Source: Trichosphaerium sp. ATCC 40318 (lineage: Eukaryota > Protista > Tubulinea). Taken from it: a stretch of DNA of 64,000 nucleotides. The position numbers and the translations under genes are program-made. The stretch is from contig JALMLS010000423.1 of NCBI GenBank assembly GCA_038496445.1, positions 217,445-281,444 on the forward strand, in the 5' to 3' direction. The notes beneath the pieces are model-generated. The model made no database searches, had not been told where the DNA came from, and worked only from the letters and a program-made list of their open reading frames with translations. Of this stretch, positions 24,629-38,689 are shown piece by piece. Positions within the stretch are counted from its first letter, which is position 1. Every line of letters begins with the position of its first letter.

Positions 24629-27600
24629 TTACAGATTTTCTGGTATATTTAAATTACCAGTACTGTTTCTAAGATTAACAGTATTTTTAATCTTAGCTAT
24701 TGCTCTGTTCAATGTCTTCCTCTTTCCTGTAGTCAAAGAGAATCCTTTACTCTCCCATCTATCCAAGTCCGCTAGAGGGAAAAAATTAAGTCAGGCGAAA
24801 ACAACAGAAAAGAAAAAAAAGAAGAAAAAAAACTTCTCACGCAAGGTCAAGACAACCAAACCTGCTGATAAAATTGAGCCAACCATTATGCCTCATAACT
24901 TGTCATGTTGAAAAAACAAAATTCAACTGAACTGCACAAGGTAGGCGCCTTGACGTTCAAAAAAGTTTTTTTTTTTCAAAGCTTCGACAACGTACTTTCA
25001 TCCAAGTCTACCAATGTCTCTCCTTTTATCTCTTCCTTGGCGAATAACTCTATTAAATTATCCAAACCAATTAACTTGAGCCAAACAGCAACATCCTGAA
25101 TATTCCAATCTAAGAAAGGCTTGTCTTGAAGCATCTCAAGAATCTTGACATTAGTCACAAGACAGTCCTTAAGTATAATAGAATTAGGTCTTCCTCTTTG
25201 CTTCTCTAATAACTCTAAAGAGTCATCATTGAATCCTAACTCAGACTTGGAGCTATCATTAGAGCTCATAGCTTCTTGAATACTATCTGGAAGGTTCTTA
25301 GCTTCTTGTGGATTCGTTCTTGACCGTAGAATATTAACAACTTGATACATAGGTGGTCTATTATCTGGTTCGCCATCCCAGCATTGAGTCATAAGGTCTA
25401 TATAAAAATCTGGAGTATCTAAAATAACTATAAGTATGGTAGTTGGAAATTAAACAAGCAAGGCTAGGCGAAAGGCCAATTCAAAATTGTTTGAATTTTT
25501 TGTTTCAAATAATTTGACGTGCCTGGTATGCTAATAGGCTCTGGTCGATTACCACGTGCAACATGTAACTGTAAGGTTACAATACGTAGTCCTTGACCTT
25601 GGAATGGCACCTTCTCATGTAAAAGTTCCCACCTAGAATAGAGATTAATAACGAAACAAACCGAACTCATCAATAAAACCAAAAAAAACTACGTACATCA
25701 GAACGCCGAAAGAATAAACGTCCGAGCTTTCTTTAAATTTCCCTTCTAATGATATCTCCGGCGCTAAAATAACATATTAGTATTATAGAAGGACATATAT
25801 TTTATAAACGCACCCATATAAGCAGGAGTACCGCACATTGTTTTTGTTTTCATAGGGTCATCTTTTTTAATTGTATTATCTGTAATTGTGGAAATTCCAA
25901 AATCACAAAGTTTAGGCTGCCAATTAGCATCAAGAAGAATATTTTGACTCTTAATATCCCGATGAATACCTAATCACAAAACTTAAAAACACTTCACAGG
26001 GAAAATACGCATAAACGACCACAAGAACGAAAACAATTTCAACAACAAAAAATAAAAAAAAAGCAAAGAAAAAAAAAACATACATATTGGCTTATCCTCA
26101 TGCAAATGCCGTATTGCTTCACTAACCTATATAATGTATTAACTTAAAGGACAATTTTACCGTTGAAATCAAAAGATTAAAACCACGCAATGCACCTTTT
26201 CTAGTATGTCAATTTTCTCATTAAATGAAAATACTTTTTTTTTGTTTTTCTCTTTCTTTGACTTATCATGAAGCCAATCATACAGACTTCCTCTTGGCAT
26301 GTACTCCACCAAAAGACAAAAGAATCCATCAGGTGTCATACACGTTCCAAATATACAAATTATATGAGGATGTCTCTTCTTCCTTAAGAGAAAATCAGAA
26401 TACGCGAAATAAAAACAAATCCTGAATCAAAACAAAAATTCTAAGTTTTACACGAAGTAACATCCAGTATTTCTTTAATCTACTTTTTAATTCTTGTAAA
26501 AAATAGACAAGGTACCTGAATACTTCAAGTTCGTTCTCTATTTCAAGGTTGACAACATCTTGGTTCAAATCTCGAAAGATTTTTAGGGCAATATCTAACC
26601 CTCTATAATTAACCTTAAATACATCCGCTGAACCTCCTTGTGGCGTAGTGAGTATAAAAAAATACAAAAAAAAACAACAAAAAAGAATAAAACGTAAAAT
26701 ACCTCTTCCGACAGGCACTTTGGGTTGATCAAATATCAAATCAGCATAACTTAACGTTCCAAACGCTGGATGACAAGCTTGTAGGTTATTCTTAACTTGC
26801 TCAAACCTCTCTTCTGTCTTAGAATTACCTATTTCACGTCAGTTCCCAATCCAACCGAAAAAAACCCCAAAACACCAAAAATAGACACAAACGTACCAAG
26901 ATGTTTAACCATTCTATAATCAGAGGGATTACCATAAATCCATTCCTCATCTCCAAGTTTTGCAATAGCTAACTTTAGTATTAGTACAGTAAACTTACAA
27001 CCCAAAATAGGAAAATATAATTTTTTTTTCGACTTTTTTTGGAATGAGAATACAAAATTCTACTACCAGTTGTACAAATCAACTCATAGCAAACTTATGT
27101 TGTTCAATGTATTAAGATGATTATTAACGTACCTCTAGGTGGCCTTGGACTAACTATAACACAAGGATCTTGTGTTGGTTTTGCAAACTTTATACGCTTA
27201 GTATTAGATGAATTCGCCCAACGATACATTATAGACTTAATCAACGTTGTAAATACTTGTGGTACGCCTTGCCGCGTCTTAGCACTACATTCTGTGTACC
27301 CAACAGCGTTTATTTGGTTCACTAGTTCAATTGCCTATTATCCATAAGAGGAACCAAAAAAAACAGTTCGAAACAGGACAATGGAAGTTGCAAATACCGT
27401 TTTTAGCGAAACAGTCAGCAAAAATAAAAAAAAAAATAAAACCGCGTACTGTTTCCTTTGTAACTAACTGTAATGGCCTAAATGTTAAATGTTACGCATG
27501 TACGTGTATGTAATGATGAATATAAATAAGAATAAAGCGGGTTATTTTCTGGCAAAATAATCAAGTGAAAAAAACAAAAATAGGCATCTATGACGACATC

Positions 27601-28427
27601 AGCTTCCAGCCGAAAGCGAAAATGTGACATAAACGAACTTTTTTTTTTTGTAGACTTGGTTCAAACAGTACAAGAAGTGCTTCATAGCAAGCGCTGACGT
27701 ACCTAGAAGGGTTCCTCAAATCTTGCTTGCAACCGACCAATAGTATAGGTACATCAGGCGCCACCCTTGCGAGCTTTTTATGCCACTTGAACGCGTAAGA
27801 GCAACACAGAGGAAAAAAGTCGAGTGTTGGTATTATAAAATAAAACAAGCGGCCTTACCTCGTTTCTTATGTCTTGAATCGTATGTGGTACACCAATGGA
27901 GAAACAAAGCAAAAACGCATCGGCACCTTTAATGATTGTCGGCCAGTTTTTAGATATCTTTGCTCCTGAGGTATTGTAAGAACGCATACGCGGTGTAAAA
28001 TCGAATAAGTACCGCCTATTTCGTATATTTCAAACTCAACGCTTTCTGGTGATAGTACAGGTCCAGAGATCCTATCTAGGCGACCAATGTAACAATCGAG
28101 CTTTGTTGGTTGGTATCTAAGTATAAATGTTTGAAGAGTCGCAAATATCTCCAATAGACATTTCAAGCGCGTACGTTCTCTCAATGGCGCTTAGCCAGTT
28201 TGCATTTAGAAGTGACGTTTTTCCAGCGGCCAAGTATCCCACTACGACGATTTTGAGCTTGGTCACCCTTACATGACTATCGTCGCTACTGTGAACAATA
28301 TTAGATTAAAAAAAAAATAATCGTTTGCAGGCATCTGTAGAATAGCGAGTATACGATATATAAGTATTCGAGATGGCATGCAGCCAAGGTTTAAACCAAA
28401 ACTTGCCTCATTGAGATTGCTTGGCAT
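24629..28427 (-). CDS. Rho-like small GTPase + TKL-type protein kinase + SAM domain fusion, multi-exon; start approximate
   Basis: GTPase motifs LKIVVVGYLAAGKTSLL, ADAFLLCFSI, PILLVGCKQDLR and YTECSAKTRQGV. Kinase motifs GR|GGSADV, IALK, HRDIKSQNILL, DFG, CGTPAYM|APE and SDVYSFG. SAM motif WNIQDVAVWLKLIGLDNLIELFAKEEIKGETL. Confidence 0.88.
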
Positions 28428-29572
28428 ACGTCACGATCAAATGTTGTGTGCTTATTGTTCACTGACTACTCCGTGTGTTGGCTGTCTTTATAGTGCCCTT
28501 GGTTAAGTCTTGACTTGTTACTATTACAATTTTTCCCAATTCGAACGAATGGAGCAAACATGGGAGAATCTAAACTACCAAGATCTCACAACGTGTTGTG
28601 TGCCGAAATAGCTCGCCGCAAAAATTGTTTGTTCAATCTTTTAATATAAATACACTATGGCGCACAGGTTGGTCACTTTATAGCTTCTGATTATTAGTTT
28701 CGCTCTGTGAACTAAAATTGCATTGTCTCGCTAAAACAGCGTTTTACGTTCCTCTTGCACTATCTGGCACTTGTAATTACTCTCCCACGCTCGAACGTAC
28801 CTTTGGATGTTATTACACAGCAGTGTTTCGAGTTCATGGCGATCGCCTTTCAGGTGATATCAATTGGAAGATGAGGTAGCCAATACTACTGGTAATTGTT
28901 ATTACATCACGTGCTCGTTATTGACAAGCTTTGCAACAGGTTTGGCAGAAGATCAAAGTGCAAGTAGAACAGTTCTGTCAGATTTTGTAAAGTTTTGTTA
29001 TTTCTTGCAAGAACCGACAGCTTTGACAACAGCCAGTTCATCACTTTCTTAACTCATGACAACGTACCGTCTTCCCGTCCTTATGTACATTAAGGCAAGA
29101 CGAAAAGTAATGTCAAGAAGTTGCAAGATCTGTCAGACGAAAATGTGTTAACTGCTTGCCAAGTCCGCAATGTTATTGTATCGTGTGCACCAACAAGCTT
29201 CCAAATTTATCCGCTGTGGATGACTTTATCTATGATGTTAACAGCAAGCTCAAACGGGTATCGTGTGCATTGATAGACGTTCGCGGTAACGTGAACATCC
29301 ATTTTCGTAAACTCAATTTAACCGGAGAAGGTTCGCTATGAACCTGTTAATTCATATACATCATGTTGAGAACTGATTGTACCCACAGCGATAATATCAA
29401 ATCATTAAAGATGATACCATCTGTTTCACGTGTCACTGAAAATTCAGATTGCTGTCAAACTATTTACGTAAATCCAGGTCAGTAGCATTTTGTAAATTTA
29501 TTTCAGTAAATGATAAGAAATCTCTGTATCATTTTCGCATCTTTATTCACGTTTTGAAGACCACATACTTTG

Positions 29573-32500
29573 ATGCTACTGAAACGCACCTTCCGTAAGT
29601 AATTTGTACATACTTTCCTTCCATCAATATCCAGAAGGAAAGCAGCACTGTACAAAATCGGTACTTTACAAAACTAAATATTTAATAGCTATATACGCTC
29701 TCATATTATTATCAAGCGTTGGAGTAACTTTTAGTGCGATATCCCAAGACACAGCAATAAAAAATGCTGTTTTGTATCACGTTGATGCCACCAAGGTAAC
29801 TCAAAAAGCAAGGTAGTATCACGTTTTATATTAATTAATGCGTAGACCGTTCGCTTTGGTGCTTTTGGGTTTCAGTATACCATTGACTCTTTAGTTGGTG
29901 TCACACTGTCTAACGTTCAGTTTTTGGACATAAATAGCGGCAATGGCCAGTACCTATACGAAAAATACGATCGTAATGAGGTACACTTTTTAATTGGAAC
30001 CTAAAAACTCACACCTTTAGAACAACATAATACAAACAATGAATTGTGGTGGAACGTGCCAATCACGTGATCTTAAAACAAATGTATTACTCGATACCTT
30101 CCGATGGCCTTATGCACCTCCATATACTCGTTTTGTATCTGATGGAACGGTTTTCATTGACCACAGGCACAACACAGATCCGCCGTCACATCAAAGAGTT
30201 AGCGTGTACGTTTCAACCAAAGAGTATAACTTCAATTAACACTTTTTGGATTTAGGTCTAAGTATCTTACAAATGGCACTTTCGATCATCTTTATGGTAC
30301 TTTTCTAGGTATCAAAGAGTTGTATGCCACACCTAATGAACTCTTACGGTACAAACCAATTCACGTGACTTTTAAAAATGGGTAATTGCTCTTAGGGTTG
30401 TTTACCTTGATGGAACTATCGTAGACTTCAATGGTGATTATGTCGATGCTGCATTTTTCTATCAACAGCCAGATAATTGTACTGATATGCCTTGTGTGGA
30501 TACAACAGATCTCGTATTTGGTATTTTTATACTTGACATTGTCTTTTATCCTAACGTCGTGCAACTGGTTCAGTAATTCTATGTAGTTATTGATGCTTCT
30601 GAAGCTGCTTTGGGTAATACAGATTGTCTTATTGGAGGTACTTGACTCCTATTTCCTTCCGAGTATTTCTATTTGGTTTAATTTCAAAAGGTCAACCATG
30701 TCTAACGTCTGTAAACGGTTTTTTTGGAGAATACAACAGAACTTCTTTTGAAGAATGTTGTGAATTTTATAATTGGGATACATACTTTACTTTCATAAGA
30801 AACGAAATTGCAGGATTAAAGTTTGGAGAGTATGGTTTTCGTACTGGCATTGTTCTTTATCGTGATCAAGGTCATGTATCTCTACCTCTTGGAAGCTACA
30901 CAAAACAACATTTCTTGAATGAAATGGACAAAATTTATAGGCTTAATATTCCTGCTGGGTGTTCAAACGTTTCTTCAGGTAGTAGAAAATAGTTAAAATC
31001 TTGACACCGTGCGTTTTAATTGTTTTTTTATCAGGTCTTGATGTTGCACGTGACCTTTTTAAACAACACGGGCGAACAGATAGAAACAATAAAAAGATTG
31101 TAATCAATCAATACGGCAGTGATGTAAAGTGCGATGGTATTTCTGCGTCAATGATGGCATCAGACATGAGAAACGATGTGCGGACTATTTTTTTTCCAAA
31201 TTAATTGCCTGATAAAACAAACAGGGATTCACAATCCTATCGATCGAGATTGGTACTGGATCTACAAGTCTTGGACAAAACACAACATTTGTAGAAAATG
31301 TTGATAGACTAGCAGATGTCCTTGATACGTTTTCAAGTGGAATTTGCTCAAACGAAGGTAATACAAGATTATTAGATTTCCTCTTGAAATGTGCTTACTT
31401 TTTTGTTTCAGTTTCGAATCCATGTGGATCTTCATGCAATGGTATCTGTGATTGTGACCTTGCATGTACTTGTACAAAAACAATATGTGATGATGCAAAT
31501 CGTTGTACATACGATATATGCGAAGGACCTCACAAGGGATGTACATTTAATCCATTACCAATTTTGCCAAATACTGAACCTTCTATTTTCTGTAAGCTCA
31601 CTATATCACTCCTTTCTTCTCTTGAATTAATATTCGAATCTTAAGGTGGCAATGAAGAGTACTGTAATCCTAATTCTACGGCTCACAGGGCCGAAACACA
31701 TATTGCGGCTCTTCCTTATGTATCTAATTACATTGAAACAGATTGTATTGCCCATACACCTATGGAATGTGACCCTTCATGTGAATCTGCAGATGTATGC
31801 ACTACTAGTTGGTGTGATATTACGACAGGACAATGTGTAACTGAGAAAAGAGAACCAGGTTAATCAATATCTACTTTTTTTTGAACATCCTATTAACACA
31901 TCATAGGTGCATTGAGCTTTGGTTGCCTAGAACACGACCCACAAAATTTATATTATTGTGAGCCATCTACATTTCCACTAGGAACCTTCAAGGGATGTGC
32001 ATCGAAGCTTCTCAATGATGTACGTCAACATAACTCTCACTCAAATCAAACTGAACTTGACTAAACAATCTTCAACACCCGCACTTATTTTTTGATTGTA
32101 GATATGTTCCGAAAACGTTCCTGAATGTTCTATTTATGCTGAAGATCTTGAAAGTTGGCATCTAGTTCCTTTCAGTATCCCTGAAGCTCCAGGACAAACT
32201 TTTATGAATCCAGAATGTCTTTATGAACCATTACCAGCTTGTTATCAAATCGTTGCTCCAAAACCAGCACCAACAGCTCCACCAACAATACCACCAATAC
32301 CACCACCAACAAATACAACAAGCACCTTAGATGAGCCTTCTGGTAACTCAAACCGTATGTTAAACGGCCAGTTTTAACAAATTCTTGTCATCTCTTCTCA
32401 TCACTTCTTAGTGTCATGGATATTACCAATAGTGGTTGTAGCTTTTTTGCTTATTGCAATTTGTGTTGGAATATTCTTATGGTATTGGTGTTCAAGGAAG

Positions 32501-33645
32501 GAATCTTTAGTACGAAATGAAGACTCTATTGATATGGGTAACCATCCAAACGGAACTCAAGCTGAAGGTTTTCTGAAATACAGTGATCTCACACTTGGAA
32601 GAGAAATTGGTACCTAACTTTCTTTTGCCTTGTTCTTTTTCTTGCCTTACGGTTTGAGCAGGTTCTGGGAGTTTCGGGAGTGTACTGAAAGGTGTGTACA
32701 ATGGAAAACAAGTGGCGATAAAAGTGTCAACAACTGGAAATGAAGACAATCAAAGCTTTTTAAGAGAAGTACGTACAATACAACAATCTACTTGCGTGCA
32801 TTAATCACTCCTGTTATAGGTTGAAGTAAATCTTAATCTTCCACCACATCCAAATATAGTTGGTACTGTAGGTATGTGTTTAAATGATGGTAAACCGATA
32901 CTTGTATTGGAGTTCATGGCAAACGGATCATTGTCAGAGTTGTATGAGAAAAAACAGTCAGACTTTACTTTTGAAGAGATAAAACAATATCTTGTTTCAA
33001 TAGCTTGTGGCATGACATTCTTGCATGCAAATAGTATTGTTCACAGAGATCTGGCTTGTAGAAATGTACGACAACAGCATTCTATCTTTTTTCTTACTTA
33101 CTTCAATGTAGATTCTTGTACGCACATTCACTTCATTGAAGACTGAAGTTCTTATTTTCCTTGTAGTTATCAAAAAAAACATAACCAAAATAAGCGATTT
33201 TGGCATGTCAAGGTGAGCGAATATATGATATGTAACTGCATGTTAATTTTTTGTACAGAAAATTAGCTTTGGAAGGAGGACCAAATGAAACAGTAACAAA
33301 TATTGGTCCGATCAAATGGATGGCTCCAGAATCAATAGCTCTGCGCTACGAAACAGCTAGTGATGTACAAATAGACCATAATCCAAGTATCTTCTAATTC
33401 TTCTGTATTAGGTATGGTCATTTGGAATGCTTTCTTGGGAACTTATTAAAAGGACAACACCTTTTGGTAAAGTAAAAGATCTGTTTGATCTTGCTGTTAA
33501 AATCAGAGATGAAGGACATACACCAGAAGTCGATAATATTCATCCACATTGGATAAATTTGATGGAAGCTTGTTGGAAGTTTAATACATCTGATCGACCA
33601 ACATTTGAACACATTGAACAAACAATAGCCAACTTAGAAGAATAG
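29573..33645 (+). CDS. Receptor kinase copy 1: signal peptide, novel N-domain, VWA, Cys-rich repeats, Pro stalk, TM, tyrosine-kinase-like domain
   Basis: Signal peptide MLLKRTFPIYALILLSSVGVTFS; VWA DLVF|VIDASE...RTGIVLY; Cys repeat CDDANRCTYDICEGPHKGC; TM ILPIVVVAFLLIAICVGIFLWYW; kinase GSGSFG, VAIK, HRDLACRN|IL|L, DFG, GPIKWMAPE. Confidence 0.9.
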
Positions 33646-34164
33646 AAACAACCACAAAGAATCTTCATTGAAGGTTTCTCCGTAATTTAATAAAACACAT
33701 TACAATGAGCTTTTTTTTCAAGACCCCTACTATTCCAAAGCCACAAAACCAAACAAATTAAGTAGGCCCTTAGTTGTAAACTGCTTTATCTTGTTCAATA
33801 GTAAGAAATAACAGAACTTGGTTAGAACTGTACTATCTGTCACCCTTTAAGAGCTTTTACCCATCAAAAGTGTCAGTTCTGACAGTTCTACCCCAAGTTG
33901 GACAACCTTGAAGATCAGTCAAATCTCAAACTGTACCTGCAGATCAGTACATTCTTGGTTTTGTTCGCAAACTTGCTTGTGACGGACAATATTGTACCTA
34001 TACTGCTTTTACGAGTTAATGGCATTAATCGCCTTTCAAGTTAAATAATTGAAAAGACAAGGTAATAAATGCTACTTAACACAACAAGTATAGGTGACAT
34101 CACGTGCTTGTTGATAGTAATAGTTAAATATATTTTCAATAAGCTTACAGATTTTTGCAAAAGT

Positions 34165-34310
34165 TCGATGTCGATCAGATGTATTAAACTTCCAACAAGC
34201 TTCCATCACATTTATCCAATGTGAATGAATATTATCAACTTGTGGTGTATGTCCTTCATCTTTAGATCTCACAGCAAGATAAAACAGGTCTTTTACTTCA
34301 CCGAAAGAGT
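34165..34310 (-). pseudogene. Inverted fragment of the receptor-kinase last exon
   Basis: Reverse complement of about 33461-33600, translating FGEVKDLFYLAVRSKDEGHTPQVDNIHSHWINVMEACWKFNTSDR. Confidence 0.9.
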
Positions 34311-34397
34311 TCACGTGCTTTTTCGTTAAGTTAAGTCAATTAGAAAAGGTTGATCATTTTAGTAAATTTATTCCAGTACTGACCGCTACCTTCTTTA

Positions 34398-37300
34398 ATG
34401 CTACTGAAGCACGCCTTCCGTAAGTAATTTGTACATAGCTTTCCTTCCATCAATATCCAGAAGGAAAGCAGCACTGTACAAAATCAGAACTTTTACCAAA
34501 CTAAATATTTAATAGCTATATACGCTCTCATATTATTATCAAGCGTTGGAATAGCTTTCAGTGCGATATCACTTGACACAGCAATAAAAAACGCTGTTTT
34601 GTATCACGTTGACGCACCAAGGTAACTCAAAAAACGAGATATTAATCTGATGGGTTTTTTAATGACGTAAAAAGACAGTAAGGGTTGGCGCTTTTGGGTT
34701 TCTCTACGTAATTGACTCTTCTGTTGGTGTCACACGGGCTAACATTCGGTTTTTGGACATAAATAGCGTCAATGGCCAGTACCTATACGAAAATTACGAC
34801 CACGCTGAGGTACACTTTTCAATTGGAACTAAAAAACTCACACTTTTAGAACAAAATTGTCCAAACGATGAATTGTGGTGGAAATTGCCAATCACGTGAT
34901 CTTAAAACAAATGTATTACTCGATACCTTCCGATGGCCTTATGCACCTCCATATACTCGTTTTGTATCTGATGGAACGGTTTTCATTGACCACAGGCACA
35001 ACACAGACCCACCGTCACATCAAAGAGTCAGCGTGTACGTTTCAACAAAAAAAGATAACTCTTCAATTAACACTTTGGGATTTAGGTCTAAGTATCTTAC
35101 AAATGGCACTTTCGACCATCTTTATGGTACTTTTCTAGGTATCAAAGAGTTGTATGCCACACCTAATGAACTCTTACGGTATATACAATCATCATGTTCA
35201 GATAATTCACGTGATTTTTTTAAACGTTTAAAAACATATTAAATTTGCTCTTAGGGTTGTTTACCTTGATGGAACTATTGTAGATTTTAATGGTGATTAT
35301 GACGACAATCAATTCTTTGATCAGCCAGACGAATGCAGTGACATGCCTTGTGTGGATACAACAGATCTCGTATTCGGTATATTTTAATAGACTTTTTTGT
35401 AGTTAGCATCTTAACTTATTCACAATTTTGTGTAGTTATTGATGCTTCTGAAGCCACTTTGGGTAATGAAGGGTGTACTGTTGGAGGTACGTAGTCATAT
35501 TTTTGGGAAGAATGTCTCGTGCTTGTCTAACAATTCCGCAAGGTCAAACCTGTGCAGCGCCTGTAAAAGGTCTTTTTGGAGAATACAACAGAACTTCTTT
35601 TGAAGAATGTTGTGAATTTTATAATTGGGATACGTACTTTACTTTCATCCGGAATGAAGTTGCAGGATTAAAGTTTGGAGAGTATGGTTTTCGTACTGGC
35701 ATTGTTCTTTATCGTGATCAAGGTCATGTATCTCTACCTCTTGGAAGCTACACAAAACAACATTTCTTGAATGAAATGGACAAAATTCGTAGACTTAATA
35801 TTCCTGCTGGGTGTTCAAACGTTTCTTCAGGTAGTAGAAAATAGTTAAAATCTGGAACACTATTGCGTTTTAATTGTTTTTTTATCAGGGCTTGAAGTTG
35901 CACGTGATCTTTTTAAAAAACATGGACGAACAGATAGAAATAACAAAAAGATTGTTGTCAATCAATACGGCAGTGTAAAGTGTAATAATGATGTTTCTGC
36001 ATCAATGATGGTATCAGACATGAGAAACGATGTACGGACTACTTTTACCCTGAAATACAAATTGCATCTCATTTGTACAAACAGGGATTCACAATCCTAT
36101 CGATCGAGATTGGTACTGGATCTACAAGTCTTGGACAAAACACAACATCTGTAAAAAATGCAGATCGACTAGCAGATGTCCTTGATACGTTTTCACATGG
36201 AATTTGCTCAAACGAAGGTAATACAAGTTTTTACTTGGAATGTGCTTACTTTTTTGTTTTACAAAAGGTTCGAATCCATGTGGATCTTCATGCAATGGTA
36301 TCTGTGATTGTGACCTTGCATGTACTTGTACACAAACAATATGTGATGATGCAAATCGTTGTACATACGATGTATGTGAAGGACCTCACAAGGGATGTAC
36401 ATTTAATCCGCTGCCAATTTTTCCTAACTTTTCGCCTTCTATACACTGTAAGTTCACTGAATCACTCCTTTCTTCTCTTGAATTAATATTCGAATCTTAA
36501 GGTGGCAATGCAGAGTACTGTAAACCTGATTCTACTGCTCATAGGGTTGAGACAGAGTTTATGGCTCCTCCTTATGAAGGTACTTACATTGGAACAGATT
36601 GTATTGCGCATACACCTGTGGACTGTGACCCTTCATGTGAATCTTCAGATGTATGCACTACTAGTTGGTGTGATATTACAACAGGACAATGTGTTACTGA
36701 GAAAAGAGAACCAGGTTAATCAATATCTACTTTTTTTTGGACATCCTATTAACACATCATAGGTGCATTGAGCTTTGGTTGCCTAGAACGAGACCCACTA
36801 AACTTATTTTATTGTGAGGCTTCTGCAATGCCACTAGCCAGCTTCAGGGGATGTGCATCGAAACGCCTCAATGATGTACGTCAATGTAAATCACTCAAAC
36901 CAAACTGAACTTGATTTAAAATCTTCACTATTCTCACTGTACTCTATTGTTGGTAGATATGTTCCGAAAACATTCCTGAATGTACCACTTATGCCGAAGA
37001 TCTTGTTAGTTGGCATCTAGTTCCTTTCACTATCCCTGAAGCTCCAGGACAAACTTTTATGAATCCAGAATGTCTTTATGAACCATTACCAGCTTGTTAT
37101 CAAATCGTTGCTCCAAAACCAGCACCAACAGCTCCACCAACATTACCACCTCCCTCAGAACCTCCCTCCGAACCTCCAACAGAACAAGCGTTCGAACCTA
37201 CCTCAACAAACGCAACGAGCGCATTGGAGGGACCTTCTGGTATCTCAAACCGTAAGCAACTGAAACAACAAAATATTCAATACTTGACTCGTTTCTAATC

Positions 37301-38689
37301 ACCTTCTTAGTTGCATGGATACTACCAATAGTGATTGTGGCTCTTTTATTAATTGCAATTTGTGTTGGGATATTGTTGTGGTATTTTTGTTGTTACTCAA
37401 GGAAGTACAAGGTCCAAGAGTCATATGCGACAGCGACAGGAAATAAAGATTATGTTGATATGGGCAATCTGCCAAATAACGCACCTCAAGCTGAAGGTCT
37501 TCTGAAATATAGTGATCTCAAACTTGGAAAAGAAATTGGTACGAAGCCAATTACTAGCCTAAAAGAAACAAATTTACTCAACAATTAATCAAACTCTCAG
37601 TGAACTTGTCACGTGATTGTTGAATTTTATTGAATTTTTCGTTTTGTTTTTGCTTGTTTGCCTTACAGTTTGAACAGGTTCTGGTAGTTTTGGAAGTGTA
37701 TTGAAAGGTATGTACAAAGGAAAGGAAGTTGCGATAAAAGTGTCAACAACTGGAAACGAAGACAATCAAAGCTTTTTAAGAGAAGTATGTACAATTCAAC
37801 AATCTACTTGTGTATGTTACTCACTCCTGTAATAGGTTGAAGTAAATCTTAATCTTCCACCACATCCAAATATAGTTGGTACTGTAGGTATGTGTTTAAA
37901 TGATGGTAAACCGATACTTGTATTGGAGTTCATGGCAAATGGATCATTGTCAGAGTTGTATGAGAAAAAAAAATCAGACTTCACTTTCGCAGAGATACAA
38001 CAATATCTTGTTTCAATAGCTTGTGGCATGACATTCCTTCATGCAAATAGTATTGTTCACAGAGATTTGGCTTGTAGAAATGTACGACAACAGCATTATA
38101 TCTTTTTTCTTACTTACTTCAATGTAGATCCTTGTACGCACTTATACTTCAATGAAGGCAAACTAAATTTAACCTCTTATTTCACTCTAGTTATCAAGCA
38201 ATAACATAACCAAAATAAGTGATTTTGGCATGTCAAGGTGAGCGATTACACGGAACATATCATGTTGTTTCACGATATTGTACAACAAATAACATGTTTG
38301 ATCTAGAAAATCAGCTTTGGAAGGAGGACCAAATGAAACAGTAACAAATATCGGTCCAATCAGATGGATGGCTCCAGAATCAATATCTCTCCTTTACGAA
38401 ACAGCTAGTGATGTACAATTAACATACATCAAGACACGTTCTAACTGTATATCAGGTATGGTCATTTGGAATGCTTTCTTGGGAACTTATTAAAAGGACA
38501 ACACCGTTCGGTGAAATAAGAGATCTATTTGATCTTGCTGTCAAAATCAGAGATGAAGGACATACACCAGAAGTTGATAATATTCATCCACATTGGATAA
38601 ATTTGATGGAAGCTTGTTGGAAGTTTAATACATCTGATCGACCAACATTTGAACACATTGAACAAACCATAGCCAACTTAGAAGAATAG
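34398..38689 (+). CDS. Receptor kinase copy 2 (1-nt deletion at the end of exon 2; possibly a pseudogene)
   Basis: Same exon structure as copies 1 and 3. It has gacgcaccaag at about 34611 versus gacgccaccaag in copy 3. Kinase motifs are intact (HRDLACRN, GPIRWMAPE). Confidence 0.8.

Noticed and set aside
24629-28427. Calling the GTPase-kinase gene a Roco/LRRK protein
   Set aside because: There is no room for a COR domain, no LRRs, and the GTPase motifs are Rho-like.
28658-29480. Possible small multi-exon gene upstream of receptor copy 1
   Set aside because: It has splice-like signals, but I could not build a consistent frame or identify a domain.
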